Source of the DNA: a virus
Reading direction: 5' to 3' (one strand)
Virus record (IMG/VR): IMGVR_UViG_3300009173_000010
Coordinates: 8,807-72,806 of that record
Length of the DNA: 64,000 nucleotides
Translations under genes and position numbers: made by a program
Notes under the pieces: model-generated
Told to the model about the DNA's origin: nothing
The model's input: only the letters and a program-made list of their open reading frames with translations
Database searches by the model: none
Part shown: positions 46,992 through 56,831 of the stretch, piece by piece
Position numbering within the stretch: the stretch's first letter is position 1
How the letters are laid out: every line of letters starts with the position of its first letter

Positions 46992-47670
46992 CGGATTTAA
47001 ATGTAAATTTTGTAACCGAGAATTTAAAAGTGTTAAAACTCTCGGTAACCATACCTGTGAACAAAAACGAAGGCACATGGGCCAGGATGAAAAGTATGTG
47101 CAATTAGGATTTAGAGCGTTTCAGCGTTTTCATCATTTAAATTCAACTGCGGTTAGACCAAAAGATAAACCGTTTGATGAGTTTCGCAAATCACAATTTT
47201 ATTTAGGATTTACAAAATTTGGAAAGTTTGCACAAGACGCAAATTGTTTAGATTTTGAAGTATTTGTCGATTGGCTTATTAAGCATGAAGTTAAAATGGA
47301 TGATTGGGCCAAAGATGCCGCATACGAATTATATGTAAGAGATCATTCTAAAAGAGAAAGTGCAGATGTTGCAATGGAACGTAGTATTAAGTTTATGCAA
47401 AAATGGGCAGAACAATCTGGAAAACTATGGTATTATTTTTTTAGAGAAGTAAATCCAAATTTATTTACATACTGGATTAGGACAGGGAGAATTTCACCAT
47501 GGGTTGTATTTAATTGTCAAAGTGGTACGAGTATGTTAGGACAACTTAATGATGAACAAATGTCATTAGTAGCAGATGCATTAGATCCCGGAACGTGGAG
47601 TCATAAATTTCAAAATGATCCAAACGAAGTTGAATTTGTACAAAAAGTTTTAACAGAGGCCGGCCTATGA
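46963..47670 (+). CDS. Zn-finger-containing conserved protein
   Basis: FKCKFCNREF....LGNHTCE; 'GRISPW'. Confidence 0.65.
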   Translation: MTNVEVKRSNGFKCKFCNREFKSVKTLGNHTCEQKRRHMGQDEKYVQLGFRAFQRFHHLNSTAVRPKDKPFDEFRKSQFYLGFTKFGKFAQDANCLDFEVFVDWLIKHEVKMDDWAKDAAYELYVRDHSKRESADVAMERSIKFMQKWAEQSGKLWYYFFREVNPNLFTYWIRTGRISPWVVFNCQSGTSMLGQLNDEQMSLVADALDPGTWSHKFQNDPNEVEFVQKVLTEAGL

Positions 47671-48230
47671 AATTACCTGATATTGATGTTGATTTAAAAA
47701 ATAGAGATGATGTGTTAACGGTATTAAAACATATTCCAGCAAGTATTACTGATGATAAAAAGCATAACACTGGCGTATATTTTAATAGCATACCAGTAAA
47801 TCCATTGACAGGATCCTCAACTATTGATTATAAAATGGCTGAGGAGCGAGGATATTTTAAGTTAGATCTTTTGAATGTTAATCTTTATAAAGATATCAAT
47901 GATGAGAAACATTTAGATAGTTTAATGAATAAAGAACCAATGTGGGAGTTGCTTGACCATAAAGATTTTGTTGAACAGTTATTTCATATACACGCTCATT
48001 ATAAAATAGTATCTCAGTTAAAGCCACGAACAGTTGAACAATTAGCATCTGTGTTAGCAATTATAAGACCATCTAAGCGTTATTTGTTAAATGAAGAGTG
48101 GGATACAATAAACAAGGAAGTTTGGATTGCACCAATTGACGGTGGATATTATTTCAAAAAATCTCATTCGATTGCTTATGCAGTTGCGATTGTAGTACAA
48201 ATGAATTTAATAGTGGAACAATGTAGTTAA
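47667..48230 (+). CDS. Minimal DNA polymerase III alpha (DnaE) catalytic-core homolog
   Basis: PDIDVD, KHNTGVY, GYFKLDLL, LAIIRP, YFKKSHSIAYA in only 187 aa. Confidence 0.8.
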   Translation: MKLPDIDVDLKNRDDVLTVLKHIPASITDDKKHNTGVYFNSIPVNPLTGSSTIDYKMAEERGYFKLDLLNVNLYKDINDEKHLDSLMNKEPMWELLDHKDFVEQLFHIHAHYKIVSQLKPRTVEQLASVLAIIRPSKRYLLNEEWDTINKEVWIAPIDGGYYFKKSHSIAYAVAIVVQMNLIVEQCS

Positions 48231-48607
48231 GTTTTATCTATCTTACGTACTAATTGTACTGTTCGTCTCTTAATACGTTTTCTAACTATGTTATGCAGAC
48301 TTGTAATTGGCCCAAACAAAAATTCAACATCTTTACTTATATAGTTTCGTAAGCAAAAACGAAATTGTTCCATTTCGTACGGAAGGAATAAATTTATTGG
48401 CGTAATACGATTACTTTCCCACCACCAAGTATCACCTACGTGTAAGAACTTTTTCTTAAGATCGCTATCTCCAATTAAATCAAAAGAATAGATACTAGTA
48501 ATGTGAGAATTATGATTTTGTATAATGCCGATAATTTCTTTACTGGCATATTTAATACCAGTTAAGAATGGATATTTTTCGATCAATTGTTTTATGTCAT
48601 CATTCAT
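48227..48607 (-). CDS. Conserved hypothetical protein
   Basis: 'KYPFLT...WWWESNR..PINLFL'; convergent with mini-DnaE. Confidence 0.65.
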   Translation of the reverse strand: MNDDIKQLIEKYPFLTGIKYASKEIIGIIQNHNSHITSIYSFDLIGDSDLKKKFLHVGDTWWWESNRITPINLFLPYEMEQFRFCLRNYISKDVEFLFGPITSLHNIVRKRIKRRTVQLVRKIDKT

Positions 48608-48657
48608 TGCTATTACTTATTCCGATAAATACTTTATGAGTGTTGGAGTGAAAGCAA

Positions 48658-49449
48658 ATGGCTGTTAATAATATTTACACATATAAAATAAATCATTCTT
48701 TAACATTAACAGACGGAGGATTAAGCGGAACTATGTACAATGACGTAATAAAAGTACACAAAGGAATTGATGATAAAATATCATTTCAAGTGTTTGATGA
48801 AAATCGCAGGCCCGCTAATATTTCTTTGTTAACGTTATATTTAAATGTTATGAATGCAAATACTGGCGACTTAGCAGTACAAAAAGTGCCAACGATTACC
48901 GATGGATCCAATGGAAAATTTGATGTACTTTTTTCATGGACAGATACAGTTAATTTAGATCAAGGATTTTATGAATTCAGTGTAACGTCAACAGATTTAA
49001 ATGATGAACAAAACGTTATGTATGTTGATACATCTCAAAATGCTATAGGTGCGATTGAACTTATTGAGGGAGTTATACCAACACCTTCGGCTAGTGCAAT
49101 AGTAACAACGTTTGTTTTAAATGGTACACGATATGAAAGTGCCGGAATTGATGTTAGTCCAACAAAAAATTATCAAACTAATTTACATACTTGTGCCCTT
49201 TATGCTACAACTTGGGCAGGAAGTTTTTGGGTTGAAGGCAGTCTCGATCTAGACGCCCCAACGAATTGGTTTATAGTGGATTTATATCCTAACAATGCTA
49301 CAGCAGACCATTTAACGTTTTCAACATCATCGCCATTAACTGGAATTGATGCTAGTAACTTTAGATTATCATGTAATTGGCTTAGGTTTGTTTATGAACA
49401 TGATGCTGGTAATACTGGCACAATAGATAAGGTATTACATAGAAGTTAA
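48658..49449 (+). CDS. Virion structural protein (BppU-like Ig-type N-terminal domain)
   Basis: Beta-rich; late promoter at 48626; 'KVHKGIDD.I.F', 'WLRF.Y...GTIDKV..RS'. Confidence 0.5.
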   Translation: MAVNNIYTYKINHSLTLTDGGLSGTMYNDVIKVHKGIDDKISFQVFDENRRPANISLLTLYLNVMNANTGDLAVQKVPTITDGSNGKFDVLFSWTDTVNLDQGFYEFSVTSTDLNDEQNVMYVDTSQNAIGAIELIEGVIPTPSASAIVTTFVLNGTRYESAGIDVSPTKNYQTNLHTCALYATTWAGSFWVEGSLDLDAPTNWFIVDLYPNNATADHLTFSTSSPLTGIDASNFRLSCNWLRFVYEHDAGNTGTIDKVLHRS

Positions 49450-49452
49450 ACA

Positions 49453-50025
49453 ATGATACAGAACTTTTACAAGGACCCTGATATAGAATTTGATATTGGG
49501 AAACTTCAGAAAGACTTACAACTCATCGATGATAGAGTGGCACGGCAATCTCCTCTCATCGAATGTGATATTAATGCAATTTGTTTAACTCAAATTCCTG
49601 GTGACCCGAATTCAATTACTGGTGGTAATGTAAGAGGACTATTTTGGACCAAGCCTGATAGTACAGGCGTCGAAGTTCAACGTGAAGAAGTAATTGATGA
49701 ATCACAATATACTGAATTTGTTAAATTATTTGAAGATACTTATTATAAAGAAGTCTACGATACATTATTAACCAAATATAAATTAGGTAGAGTTAGGTTA
49801 CTTTGGAAGTTACCTCGTACTACATTAAGTTGGCATCGAGATCCGGAAAAGAGATTGCACATTCCTATTATAACTAACCCTGGTGCATTAATGGTTATTG
49901 ATAATGAGGTAATGCATATGCCAGCAGATGGTAAAGTATGGATTACTGATAATACAAAGTACCATAATGCGTTTAATGGCGGCGAAGTGGATCGTGTTCA
50001 TTTGGTAGCCACAGTAATTGGTTGA
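49453..50025 (+). CDS. 2OG-Fe(II) oxygenase, Asp/Asn beta-hydroxylase-like
   Basis: GRVRL, WHRD (HxD), RLHIPIITN, YHNAFNGG..DRVHLV. Confidence 0.8.
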   Translation: MIQNFYKDPDIEFDIGKLQKDLQLIDDRVARQSPLIECDINAICLTQIPGDPNSITGGNVRGLFWTKPDSTGVEVQREEVIDESQYTEFVKLFEDTYYKEVYDTLLTKYKLGRVRLLWKLPRTTLSWHRDPEKRLHIPIITNPGALMVIDNEVMHMPADGKVWITDNTKYHNAFNGGEVDRVHLVATVIG

Positions 50026-50050
50026 CAAATTGCACTTTTTCTTATACTAT
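50022..50050 (+). promoter_or_regulatory. Sigma70-like promoter; probably leaderless primase transcript
   Basis: TTGACA-N17-TACTAT; ATG 7 nt downstream. Confidence 0.55.
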
Positions 50051-50057
50051 AATATAG

Positions 50058-51050
50058 ATGTTTGCTGACAATTTAAGATCAACAATTCTAACAAGAATTC
50101 CTGGTAAGAAAGCAAGTCCTGGCGGCTGGATGTCGTTGAATTGCCCTATGTGTACTGCAATGGGTGAAACTCGTCCTGACATACGTAAACGAGGCGGTTT
50201 TAACATGACTGCTGATAATTCAATTGTGTTTAACTGTTTTAATTGTGGATTTAAAACAGGCTGGAAACCTGGAGGTATTTTAGGTAGTAAGTTTGTTGAA
50301 TTGTTAAAAGGGTTGGGCATAACGGATACTACAGTAAACAAATTAAAAATTCAAAGTTATAATGAACGAGAAATTAATCCAATATTTAATACAAAAATTG
50401 AAGAGATAAAATTAGATTGGGAAGAAAAAGCATTACCAAAAGATGCAAAACCAATAGATGAGAATACACCAGAGTATATTTTAGAATATTTGCAATCTAG
50501 AGGAGAAGGAGTATATAGTAGTTGGAATTATTATTGGACACCTAATACCTATATGAATTTAAATGAACGTATAATTATACCATGCTATTTTAAGAAAAAA
50601 GTTGTTGGCTGGATTACAAGACATGTATATCCAAATAAAACTGATAGACCAAAATATTATGTTCAAACACAAAAAAATTATATGTTTAATTTAGATCAAT
50701 TATATACAACAGAACGCAAGTATGCTATACTAGTTGAAGGACCATTTGATGCTATCGGTATCGATGGAATTGGTTTACTCGGCTCAAAAATAAATCAAGT
50801 ACAAGCAGATTACTTAAATACATTTAATAGAAAATTTATTTTAGTTCCGGACAGGGACAAAACAGGTGAACGATTAATTGAGGAAGCACTTCGTTATAAT
50901 TGGGGAGTTAGTTTTCCACAATGGGATGATGAAATAAAAGATGTTGCCGATGCAGTTAAGAAATATGGAAGAATTTTTACATTAAAGAGTATATTAGAGT
51001 CAGTTGAGAATAATCCAACAAAGATTGGGATTAAGAAAAGGATAGCATAA
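50058..51050 (+). CDS. DNA primase (Zn finger + TOPRIM)
   Basis: CPMC...CFNCG; YLQSRG; RIIIP; VEGPFDA; VPDRDKTG; KDVAD. Confidence 0.9.
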   Translation: MFADNLRSTILTRIPGKKASPGGWMSLNCPMCTAMGETRPDIRKRGGFNMTADNSIVFNCFNCGFKTGWKPGGILGSKFVELLKGLGITDTTVNKLKIQSYNEREINPIFNTKIEEIKLDWEEKALPKDAKPIDENTPEYILEYLQSRGEGVYSSWNYYWTPNTYMNLNERIIIPCYFKKKVVGWITRHVYPNKTDRPKYYVQTQKNYMFNLDQLYTTERKYAILVEGPFDAIGIDGIGLLGSKINQVQADYLNTFNRKFILVPDRDKTGERLIEEALRYNWGVSFPQWDDEIKDVADAVKKYGRIFTLKSILESVENNPTKIGIKKRIA

Positions 51051-51412
51051 TGGGACATATAGGAGATTTGTTTAAAAGAGTAGATGAGTTACAAAAAGAA
51101 ATTGATGTTATGAAAGAAGAAAATCAAAATTTAAAAGATTTAATTAAAGATAAAACTGGTGTAGATGTTAATGCAACAAGTGATGAGAAGACTGATAATA
51201 TTGACGGCGTTCCAGTTCCAAAGCCTGTTGTAACAACTAAACCTAATTGCCCAGTTAATTTGAATTATAATCAAGGATTAATTGCTGGAAGAATTATGCA
51301 ACATTTGCGACGGAAAGCATTGAGTGTAACACAGTTATTCAATTTGATAGAAGATAAATTAATAAAAGATCCAAAATTTATATTAGATATAAGGCGACAG
51401 AAGAAAAATTAA
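51050..51412 (+). CDS. Hypothetical protein
   Basis: ORF coupled by TAATG overlaps to primase and helicase. Confidence 0.6.
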   Translation: MGHIGDLFKRVDELQKEIDVMKEENQNLKDLIKDKTGVDVNATSDEKTDNIDGVPVPKPVVTTKPNCPVNLNYNQGLIAGRIMQHLRRKALSVTQLFNLIEDKLIKDPKFILDIRRQKKN

Positions 51413-52794
51413 TGGTAAAAGAATTTAAAGAAGATCTCCAAAAACTCTTTTTGGGGTTTTTAATTAGTGATAAAGAGTTATATGTTAGAGTGCAATCATT
51501 AGTTGTACCTACATATTTTAATAATAAATTAAGACCAACGGTTGAATTTATTAATAAACATGCTGATGAATATAACAGTATGCCTACTATTGATCAGATT
51601 AAAGCAAAAACAGAAATAGGATTAGAATTAGATGCTGAGGTTACAGCAAGGCATAAAGAATGGTTTTTAGATGAGTTTCAAGATTTTGCAAAGTTTAAAG
51701 CACTTGAGCAAGCAATTTTAGCAAGTGCTGATGATATTGAAAAGGGAGAATATTTCTCTGTAGAAAAACGTGTTAAGGAAGCAAGTAGCGTAGGGTTGGC
51801 AAAGAATTTAGGTACAGATTATTTTGCAAATCCAAAAGAAAGATTACAGAAGTTAAAAGATAATAATGGGCAAGTAAGTACAGGATGGACATCAATTGAT
51901 AAAAAATTATTTGGTGGATTTAATAAAGGTGAGTTAAGTATTTTTGCTGGCACATCTGGTGCAGGCAAAAGTTTATTTTTGCAAAATCTTGCATTGAATT
52001 GGGTGCAAGCAGGTTTAAATGTTGTTTATATTACACTTGAACTTAGTGAAGAATTGGTTGCAATGCGTATTGATAGTATGGCAACTGGGTTAAGCAGTAG
52101 AAGTTTATTTAAAAGTTTAGATGATGTTGATTTAAAAGTCCGAATGATGAAAAAGTCCTCAGGTAATTTACAACTTGTATATTTGCCAAGTGGTGTTAAT
52201 ACTGGGCAAATTAAAGCATTCCTCAAAGAATTAGAAATACAACACGGTAAGCAAGCACAAGCAATATTAATAGATTATTTAGATCTAATGATGCCAAATG
52301 ATAAACGAGTAAGTCCAAGTGATTTGTTTGTTAAAGACAAATATGTTGCAGAAGAATTACGTAATTTAGCAGTAGACCTTGATACATTATTAATAACAGC
52401 GTCTCAGTTAAACAGAACAGCAGTTGAGGAAATTGAATTTGATCATAGTCATATTGCTGGCGGACTAAGTAAAGTACAAACAGCAGATAATGTTATTGGT
52501 ATTTTCACAAGTGCGCCAATGCGTGAACGAGGGCGTTATCAAGTACAGTTTATGAAAACACGTAGTAGCAGTGGTGTAGGGCAACGAGTTGATCTGGGAT
52601 TTAATTTAGAAAGTTTGCGTATTGAAGATTTGTCTGATGAAGACCAGGAAGATGATAATACAACTCCGATATATAAAAATGTATTACGTACAAGTAATGT
52701 TACTGATGATAAAGAAGTAAATGGTAAAACTGTTGAAACAAAATCAGCAGATATTCGTAAAATGATATCTAATATGAATAAGCTCAATAAGTAA
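51412..52794 (+). CDS. Replicative DnaB-like helicase (gp41-like)
   Basis: STGW, AGTSGAGKS, YITLELSE, IDYLDL, TASQLNR, KTRSS. Confidence 0.93.
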   Translation: MVKEFKEDLQKLFLGFLISDKELYVRVQSLVVPTYFNNKLRPTVEFINKHADEYNSMPTIDQIKAKTEIGLELDAEVTARHKEWFLDEFQDFAKFKALEQAILASADDIEKGEYFSVEKRVKEASSVGLAKNLGTDYFANPKERLQKLKDNNGQVSTGWTSIDKKLFGGFNKGELSIFAGTSGAGKSLFLQNLALNWVQAGLNVVYITLELSEELVAMRIDSMATGLSSRSLFKSLDDVDLKVRMMKKSSGNLQLVYLPSGVNTGQIKAFLKELEIQHGKQAQAILIDYLDLMMPNDKRVSPSDLFVKDKYVAEELRNLAVDLDTLLITASQLNRTAVEEIEFDHSHIAGGLSKVQTADNVIGIFTSAPMRERGRYQVQFMKTRSSSGVGQRVDLGFNLESLRIEDLSDEDQEDDNTTPIYKNVLRTSNVTDDKEVNGKTVETKSADIRKMISNMNKLNK

Positions 52795-52829
52795 CTCAGC
52801 ATAAATATATATAATCAGGAATTGTTAAA

Positions 52830-53072
52830 ATGAAAATAAAAAGTATTTTAAATGAAATAGATAGTATTTTACCGCAGAAAAACAAGGCATTGATAGTCGA
52901 AAGCCGCGCAAGCCACGTTATTACTTCTGCATCAAATATTATGAATATGATTTCTGAGAATTATGATACTGATACAGCAGAAAAATTACAAAAAAAGTTT
53001 TTAAATGCAATCCGCACAGGCAATGTAGATAAATTTAGTAATGCTTTAAAAAGGATTAATAATGAAGGTTAA
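52830..53072 (+). CDS. Small conserved head-associated protein
   Basis: Late promoter at 52802; MKIKSILNE. Confidence 0.6.
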   Translation: MKIKSILNEIDSILPQKNKALIVESRASHVITSASNIMNMISENYDTDTAEKLQKKFLNAIRTGNVDKFSNALKRINNEG

Positions 53073-54453
53073 TGAACTTATACTTAATATTAAACAAAAA
53101 CGTAAGTTCCGTGGACCTCGAATCCCTCGTAAAAAAGGTATAGAATTCCATAAACTTGCAAAAGTACGCAGGGCTATTAAAGATGATATGGAAATGGCCG
53201 GCATTACCGAAGCAGAAGCGGAAGGTAAAAATCTTCATTTAACTCATTTTGAAGATAGTTTAATACATGGTGGTTATAAAGGTGCCGAAGATGCATTAAA
53301 TATTGCCGCAGGCCTACTAGATATGCTCGAAGGTAGTGCCACCGAAAGCGTAAACATTACAACTAAGTGGGATGGAGCACCTGCTATATTTGCAGGTATT
53401 AATCCTGAGACTGGTAAGTTTGTAATGGGCGACAAAGGATTGTTTGCTAAAACTCCTCGCATAATGGACACACCAGATGCTATTGACCAAAACAAAGCAG
53501 ACAGAACAAATAAAGGCGAAGCAGTTGATTTAAGTGGGTTGCGTAGTAAATTAAAAGAAGTATTAGAGCATCTACCTAAAGTTTTTCCGCCTGATTATCG
53601 AGGTATTTTACAAGGCGATTTATTGTTTACATCTGATATTAAACAGGTAAAAGAGATTGATGGAGAAAAATATCTTACATTTACTCCAAATAGTTTAACT
53701 TATGCTGTTCCGGTTGGCAGTGATATAGCAAACCAAATTGAGCAAGCAACAATTGGTATTGTTTTTCATACAAAGTATGATGGTGATACTATTCCTACAA
53801 TGAAAGCAAGTTTTGGCGCAAGCGTTGATGATTTAAAACCAAGTTCAGATGTTTGGTTCCAAGATGCTAAAATACATGACGTAAGTGGGCAAGTAACATT
53901 AACAAAAGAAGAAACTAATAAGATTAGTTCAGCAATTAATACCGCGCATAAAAGTCTTCTCGGAGCCGGCCAGAAAGTTTTTCAGTTTCTTGAGAGCGAA
54001 GAAATGGGTAAAGATTTTAAGAAATCTTTAGAGTCAACAATTAATGCTAGTATTAAATCTGATGGTACTATCCCTGAAAATCCTTTAGCATTTGCATCAA
54101 GTCATGTTGCTCGTTTTGAAGATAAGTATGAAAAAATAATTTCTGGTTCAAAAAGACAAGATACTGTTGATAGGAAAACAGAAGAACTTCAAAAAGGCCT
54201 AGACTTTTTTGAAGCAAATAAAGAAAACTTTACACAATTATATCATGTATGGTTATCGTTGTTTGCTGTAAAATCCATGTTTGCAGAAAAAATGAGCAAA
54301 ATTAAAGCAATGGATACATTTAAAATTATGCCAGATGGCTCTATCGAAGTACGAGACCCAGAGGGTTTTGTAGCAGTTGACCATATTGGTAATGCTGTAA
54401 AGATTGTTGATCGTTTAGTCTTTAGTGCTGAAAATTTTCAAAAGTCGTTTTAG
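53062..54453 (+). CDS. DUF6267-like protein with RNA-ligase-type nucleotidyltransferase motifs
   Basis: KNLHLTHFED; motif I TKWDGAP; QGDLLF; motif IV PEGFV; motif V VKIVDR. Confidence 0.65.
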   Translation: MKVNELILNIKQKRKFRGPRIPRKKGIEFHKLAKVRRAIKDDMEMAGITEAEAEGKNLHLTHFEDSLIHGGYKGAEDALNIAAGLLDMLEGSATESVNITTKWDGAPAIFAGINPETGKFVMGDKGLFAKTPRIMDTPDAIDQNKADRTNKGEAVDLSGLRSKLKEVLEHLPKVFPPDYRGILQGDLLFTSDIKQVKEIDGEKYLTFTPNSLTYAVPVGSDIANQIEQATIGIVFHTKYDGDTIPTMKASFGASVDDLKPSSDVWFQDAKIHDVSGQVTLTKEETNKISSAINTAHKSLLGAGQKVFQFLESEEMGKDFKKSLESTINASIKSDGTIPENPLAFASSHVARFEDKYEKIISGSKRQDTVDRKTEELQKGLDFFEANKENFTQLYHVWLSLFAVKSMFAEKMSKIKAMDTFKIMPDGSIEVRDPEGFVAVDHIGNAVKIVDRLVFSAENFQKSF

Positions 54454-54484
54454 AATCGAAAACGCCAATCAGATAAATACTATT

Positions 54485-55282
54485 ATGGAATTAGAATTTA
54501 TCAATGAACTCTGTGAAAGCAGATTAGTAAGGCAAAAAAAGCAGATAAAGAAATTTACTGCTAAAGATGCCGCTGATCTAGTTTTCCTTTATGCCTGTAC
54601 TATAACAATTCTTAAAAATGAATTCAAATATGCTCCAACGGGTATGGCTTATGCACATAAGACTCGTATGTATTCTAACTGGAATGTATTCCGTACCAAC
54701 GGTACAGATATGTATGTTTTGTTATGCGGTCTAGTCGGTACAGATGATACAAATACATTAATGGCAGACCAAGAAGCCAGCCAAATTTTTCGTAATTCAT
54801 TGAATGTTAACCAACCTCAGTTGAAACAATGGTTAGCATATTCTGCTAAAGGAAAAGTTAATGCCCAAGTTGATGGTCAATTTCTATTTAGATTTGAGAA
54901 ACAATTGCGTGTAGATAATGCACAATATAAAGCGATTCGTAGATTAGCATCAGATTGGTCTAACTTAAAGCATGGACAAAAAACATTAATTATTACGCGA
55001 TGTATGCAAGCCTTTCGTATACGTGCCCGTAGATCGGAATTATATCCAGTCTTAATGAAATTATCTAAAGAGAAGAAATTTATTCCAGTTAATAAGAAAG
55101 GTAAAGTCGTTGCCCCACGTGATATGGAATTAGCACAACCAGCCGGAACAAAAGGCGGTATGAGTACACGGTCTAAGATTGCTATTGGTATAGGTTTACC
55201 GGTTGCAACAGCCCTTGGTGGATTTGCTTTAGGTAGGCGTTTTAACCGAAAACAAAGCAAAAGACGCGAATATTCAACATAA
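54485..55282 (+). CDS. Conserved putative head protein with C-terminal hydrophobic segment (start revised to MELEF)
   Basis: TAAATA-N5-ATG; MELEFINELCE; IAIGIGLPVATALGGFALG. Confidence 0.6.
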   Translation: MELEFINELCESRLVRQKKQIKKFTAKDAADLVFLYACTITILKNEFKYAPTGMAYAHKTRMYSNWNVFRTNGTDMYVLLCGLVGTDDTNTLMADQEASQIFRNSLNVNQPQLKQWLAYSAKGKVNAQVDGQFLFRFEKQLRVDNAQYKAIRRLASDWSNLKHGQKTLIITRCMQAFRIRARRSELYPVLMKLSKEKKFIPVNKKGKVVAPRDMELAQPAGTKGGMSTRSKIAIGIGLPVATALGGFALGRRFNRKQSKRREYST

Positions 55283-55382
55283 TAAAATATCTTAGTAGTA
55301 AATTTTTCCTTCGATTGTATAAATACATGTAAGCATTGATACAAATCGTGTTAATGCAAATGATATAACAGGAGAAAATCCA

Positions 55383-55697
55383 ATGGTAGCAAGAGTTAAT
55401 GGTGGAGTAGCCTCAGGTCAAGTACTAGTAGGTTCACTATCACATTTCACAGTAACAATAGCCGGCAATGCAACAGCAAAGTTGGGTGTTGATAGCACAA
55501 TTCAGAAGATCCTAGAAATGGTTGCAACAAAGTCAACCGTTGTAATCCTAGGTGTAGTAGGGACAGCCGGTTTCCGTTTCGCAGTAGAAGGCGACACAGC
55601 ATGGACAGCCGCCGCACTACAAGTTTCACTTCGTGCATTAGGTACAGTTGACAGTATCGATCTTAGTTCAGATTCAGTTGCTGACTTCGCATACTAA
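55383..55697 (+). CDS. Small virion structural protein (likely highly expressed)
   Basis: Own TATAAATA promoter (55318), AGGAG RBS and own terminator. Confidence 0.65.
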   Translation: MVARVNGGVASGQVLVGSLSHFTVTIAGNATAKLGVDSTIQKILEMVATKSTVVILGVVGTAGFRFAVEGDTAWTAAALQVSLRALGTVDSIDLSSDSVADFAY

Positions 55698-55718
55698 TTT
55701 TTAGTATGGAAAGAGTTT

Positions 55719-55749
55719 AAAACCCCTTCCTCGGAAGGGGTTTTTTCTT
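55719..55749 (+). terminator. Intrinsic terminator
   Basis: AAAACCCCTTC-CTCG-GAAGGGGTTTT followed by T-rich tract. Confidence 0.85.
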
Positions 55750-55769
55750 GGCCAATAAATATCTTTGTT

Positions 55770-56159
55770 ATGATGCATGAGTTTAATCTTGAACACGCAA
55801 CGTGGTTTACTTTATATACTTTAATAGATATTTCGCATTCAATAAGAAGAAAAGATAACTCACAAAAAAATTGGGATACTATTATTAATGGTATTAGTAT
55901 GCGAGCTCAACCTTTGGGCTCAAATCTTCCTGAAAAAAAACGACAAAAAACAACAAAATTTAAGTTTGGATCTGAATACAAAAATAAAGTAATGAATATT
56001 TGGATGTGGTCTTTTGCAATCGAACACGTCGGTGCTATTAATATAAAAACCTTAATGCAAGAATTTAATGGTATGCCAGTTATTGATAAATTTAAACATA
56101 TTGAAACAAAAGGTTTAAAAATCAAAAATACGTATTTTGTGATGACTAATTCACCATAA
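55770..56159 (+). CDS. Hypothetical protein
   Basis: Late promoter at 55756; 'YTLIDIS...QKNWDTII..ISMRAQP'. Confidence 0.6.
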   Translation: MMHEFNLEHATWFTLYTLIDISHSIRRKDNSQKNWDTIINGISMRAQPLGSNLPEKKRQKTTKFKFGSEYKNKVMNIWMWSFAIEHVGAINIKTLMQEFNGMPVIDKFKHIETKGLKIKNTYFVMTNSP

Positions 56160-56184
56160 ATAGTAATGTTATAGGAGTTTATTA

Positions 56185-56454
56185 ATGGCAGACGATCCAA
56201 AAGTTAAAAAGTTATATGTTCATTCTGGCGATACATATGATATTGAGGCTGACAGCCTCGAAGCCCATGTGGCGATTTGTAGCGAAAGATATGGCGCATT
56301 GCATCAACACATTGACGACTCGGAAACACGTTTAACTGAAAAAATTGATAATAATAGTAATCAAATTACTCGTTTAGAAAGAGTTTTCTTTTGGGGCATC
56401 GGCGCTGTTTTTATTACATTACTTGGCGCAATGTTGTCAACCATCTTTAAATAA
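56185..56454 (+). CDS. Coiled-coil protein with C-terminal TM helix (XhlA/holin-like topology)
   Basis: 'LEAHVAICSERY' followed by VFFWGIGAVFITLLGAML. Confidence 0.55.
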   Translation: MADDPKVKKLYVHSGDTYDIEADSLEAHVAICSERYGALHQHIDDSETRLTEKIDNNSNQITRLERVFFWGIGAVFITLLGAMLSTIFK

Positions 56455-56489
56455 TAATTTCCAAATCTTCTTTTCGCATAAATACACGT

Positions 56490-56831
56490 ATGAATCTAAC
56501 AGATCTATATGGTGAAGAACCTATTGTTGAAGCACGGCGAGTCTGGGCTCGCCGTGGTAAAAAAGTTGTGCAAAAATTTCGTTGTACTAGTGGCTGGCGC
56601 AAAGGAAGATTAGTTGCTACAGCGGCTTCGTGTTCTAAACCAATAGATATGAAGAAACGCTTTACGTTGAGAAAAACTAAAGCACGATTAGGAAAACGAA
56701 TTGCACGAAAAACTGCAAGGTCAAAGAAATTTAATCCAATTACGAAGAGGATTACGCAATTGAATAAAAGTACTCGTCCTAAGACGCCAGGACGATCAAA
56801 AGGCGGCGTAAAATGGTGGCATAGAACATGA
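56490..56831 (+). CDS. Highly basic prohead-core-like protein
   Basis: MNLTDLYGEE; Arg/Lys-rich 'KFRCTSG.RKGR.VA'. Confidence 0.55.
   Translation: MNLTDLYGEEPIVEARRVWARRGKKVVQKFRCTSGWRKGRLVATAASCSKPIDMKKRFTLRKTKARLGKRIARKTARSKKFNPITKRITQLNKSTRPKTPGRSKGGVKWWHRT

Noticed and set aside
29636-52794. Inteins or introns in terminase, UvsX, UvsW, primase and helicase
   Set aside because: All have normal lengths and contiguous motifs; no intein-like insertions or homing-endonuclease ORFs were seen.
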